Source: Octopus bimaculoides (Eukaryota). Taken from it: a DNA stretch of 37,192 bases. Shown here one piece after another: positions 36,291-37,192 of the stretch. The notes under the pieces are model-generated. The model was not told the DNA's origin and made no database searches. It was given only the letters and a program-made list of their open reading frames with translations. The first letter of the stretch is position 1. Each line of letters starts with the position of its first letter. The translations under genes were made by a program, and so were the position numbers. The stretch lies in contig NC_068991.1 of the NCBI RefSeq assembly GCF_001194135.2, positions 48,205,273 to 48,242,464 of the forward strand, written 5' to 3'.

Positions 36291-36978
36291 TCAAAGTATT
36301 CAGCCAACGATCTGATTTTTCCATTACTCCGCCACTCTAGACTTATGCAAGATTTGAATTCAGAGAGCAAAGAACTAGAATCAATATCTCAAAGCAATTG
36401 TGACCAAGGCTTTACCGATTCTATAATTCTATTATCTCTCAATTGAGAAGCTAATCATAATCTATTACATAGCTAATTTAATTATTACATAATTTCTTAT
36501 ATACCATTAGTATGTATTCGCGGTGAGACATATTTGATTAGCACATCCCCAATACCTAACACTATACGTAATTCAGGGATCTAGGAACGATGAAAAAGAA
36601 AAATTAACCTCAGCATAATTTGAACACGGAATGTAAAGGGTCGTAGGTAAATACCAGGAGGAATTTATTCCAATACTTTACTGTGTTTTTATTTCTTCTT
36701 TTTACATTCCGCTGATGTTTGTTGACACGTTAATCATGGGAGAATAGCCAGGTGAGTGTCATAGAACTAGGCGTTCAATATTAGCGGGGTTTTGCGGTGT
36801 CAAAACTGATATGTGGAAAAAAATAATTGGAAATTTCTTGGTGAAGCGGATGCGCATTTAAATTGGGGTTTATTCAGAATATAGAGTAGCAGAGTAGAAA
36901 TGAGAAAATAGATTATCATCTCTTGAGCTGCCAGACTTTTGCATACATCAGTAATTCATGTGTGTGTATGTGTGTGTG

Positions 36979-37028
<50 letters not shown>

Positions 37029-37039
37029 CACACACATAC

Positions 37040-37177
37040 ACCGGAGTAAGCACATAAATGTGAAACAATGTGGAAAAAAGAGTACTCAAATACCAGAGGT
37101 TGAGTAATATGCTTTATTTAAAAGCAGCAGAAATATAACAAAAGCTATTACTCAGAGTTTCACGTTCCCGTTCGTCG
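37040..37177 (-). mobile_element. Penelope-like 3' tail with a minimal hammerhead-like motif
   Basis: The minus strand reads gacga-acg-ggaa-cgt-gaa-actc-t-gagt-a, then ...AATAAAgcatattactc... It is embedded in microsatellites. Confidence 0.65.
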
Positions 37178-37192
37178 CCCCCCCCCACACAC

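Noticed and set aside
35922-36446. ORFs of 93 and 95 aa, and a possible mariner reading (IMEDR..SIQEV)
   Set aside because: Nucleotide homology to 32420-32620 and a WN-type APE start favour an RTE 5' remnant.

Overview
Repeat-dense, AT-rich animal nuclear DNA with ten N-gaps, mostly bordered by microsatellites. It is very probably an octopus scaffold, inferred from an embedded cephalopod-like mitochondrial COX1 fragment, recurrent tRNA-derived SINEs and extreme microsatellite density. There are no prokaryotic features and no complete protein-coding gene that I can recognise. Most ORFs in the supplied track are artefacts of microsatellites or N-runs. The window holds: four pieces of R4/Dong-like (REL-endonuclease) LINEs associated with (TAA)n; three Tx1/L1-clade LINE pieces, two of them in tandem inside a (TATC)n array; Penelope-like (PLE) remnants with inverted tails and minimal hammerhead-ribozyme-like motifs; RTE remnants; two mariner remnants; three SINE families; a ~740 bp COX1 NUMT; and a few isolated splice-signal candidates, including a possible 24-nt microexon. 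The most notable patterns are microsatellite-targeted retrotransposon stacking and the PLE hammerhead motifs. All calls come from manual translation and comparison, with no database searches.
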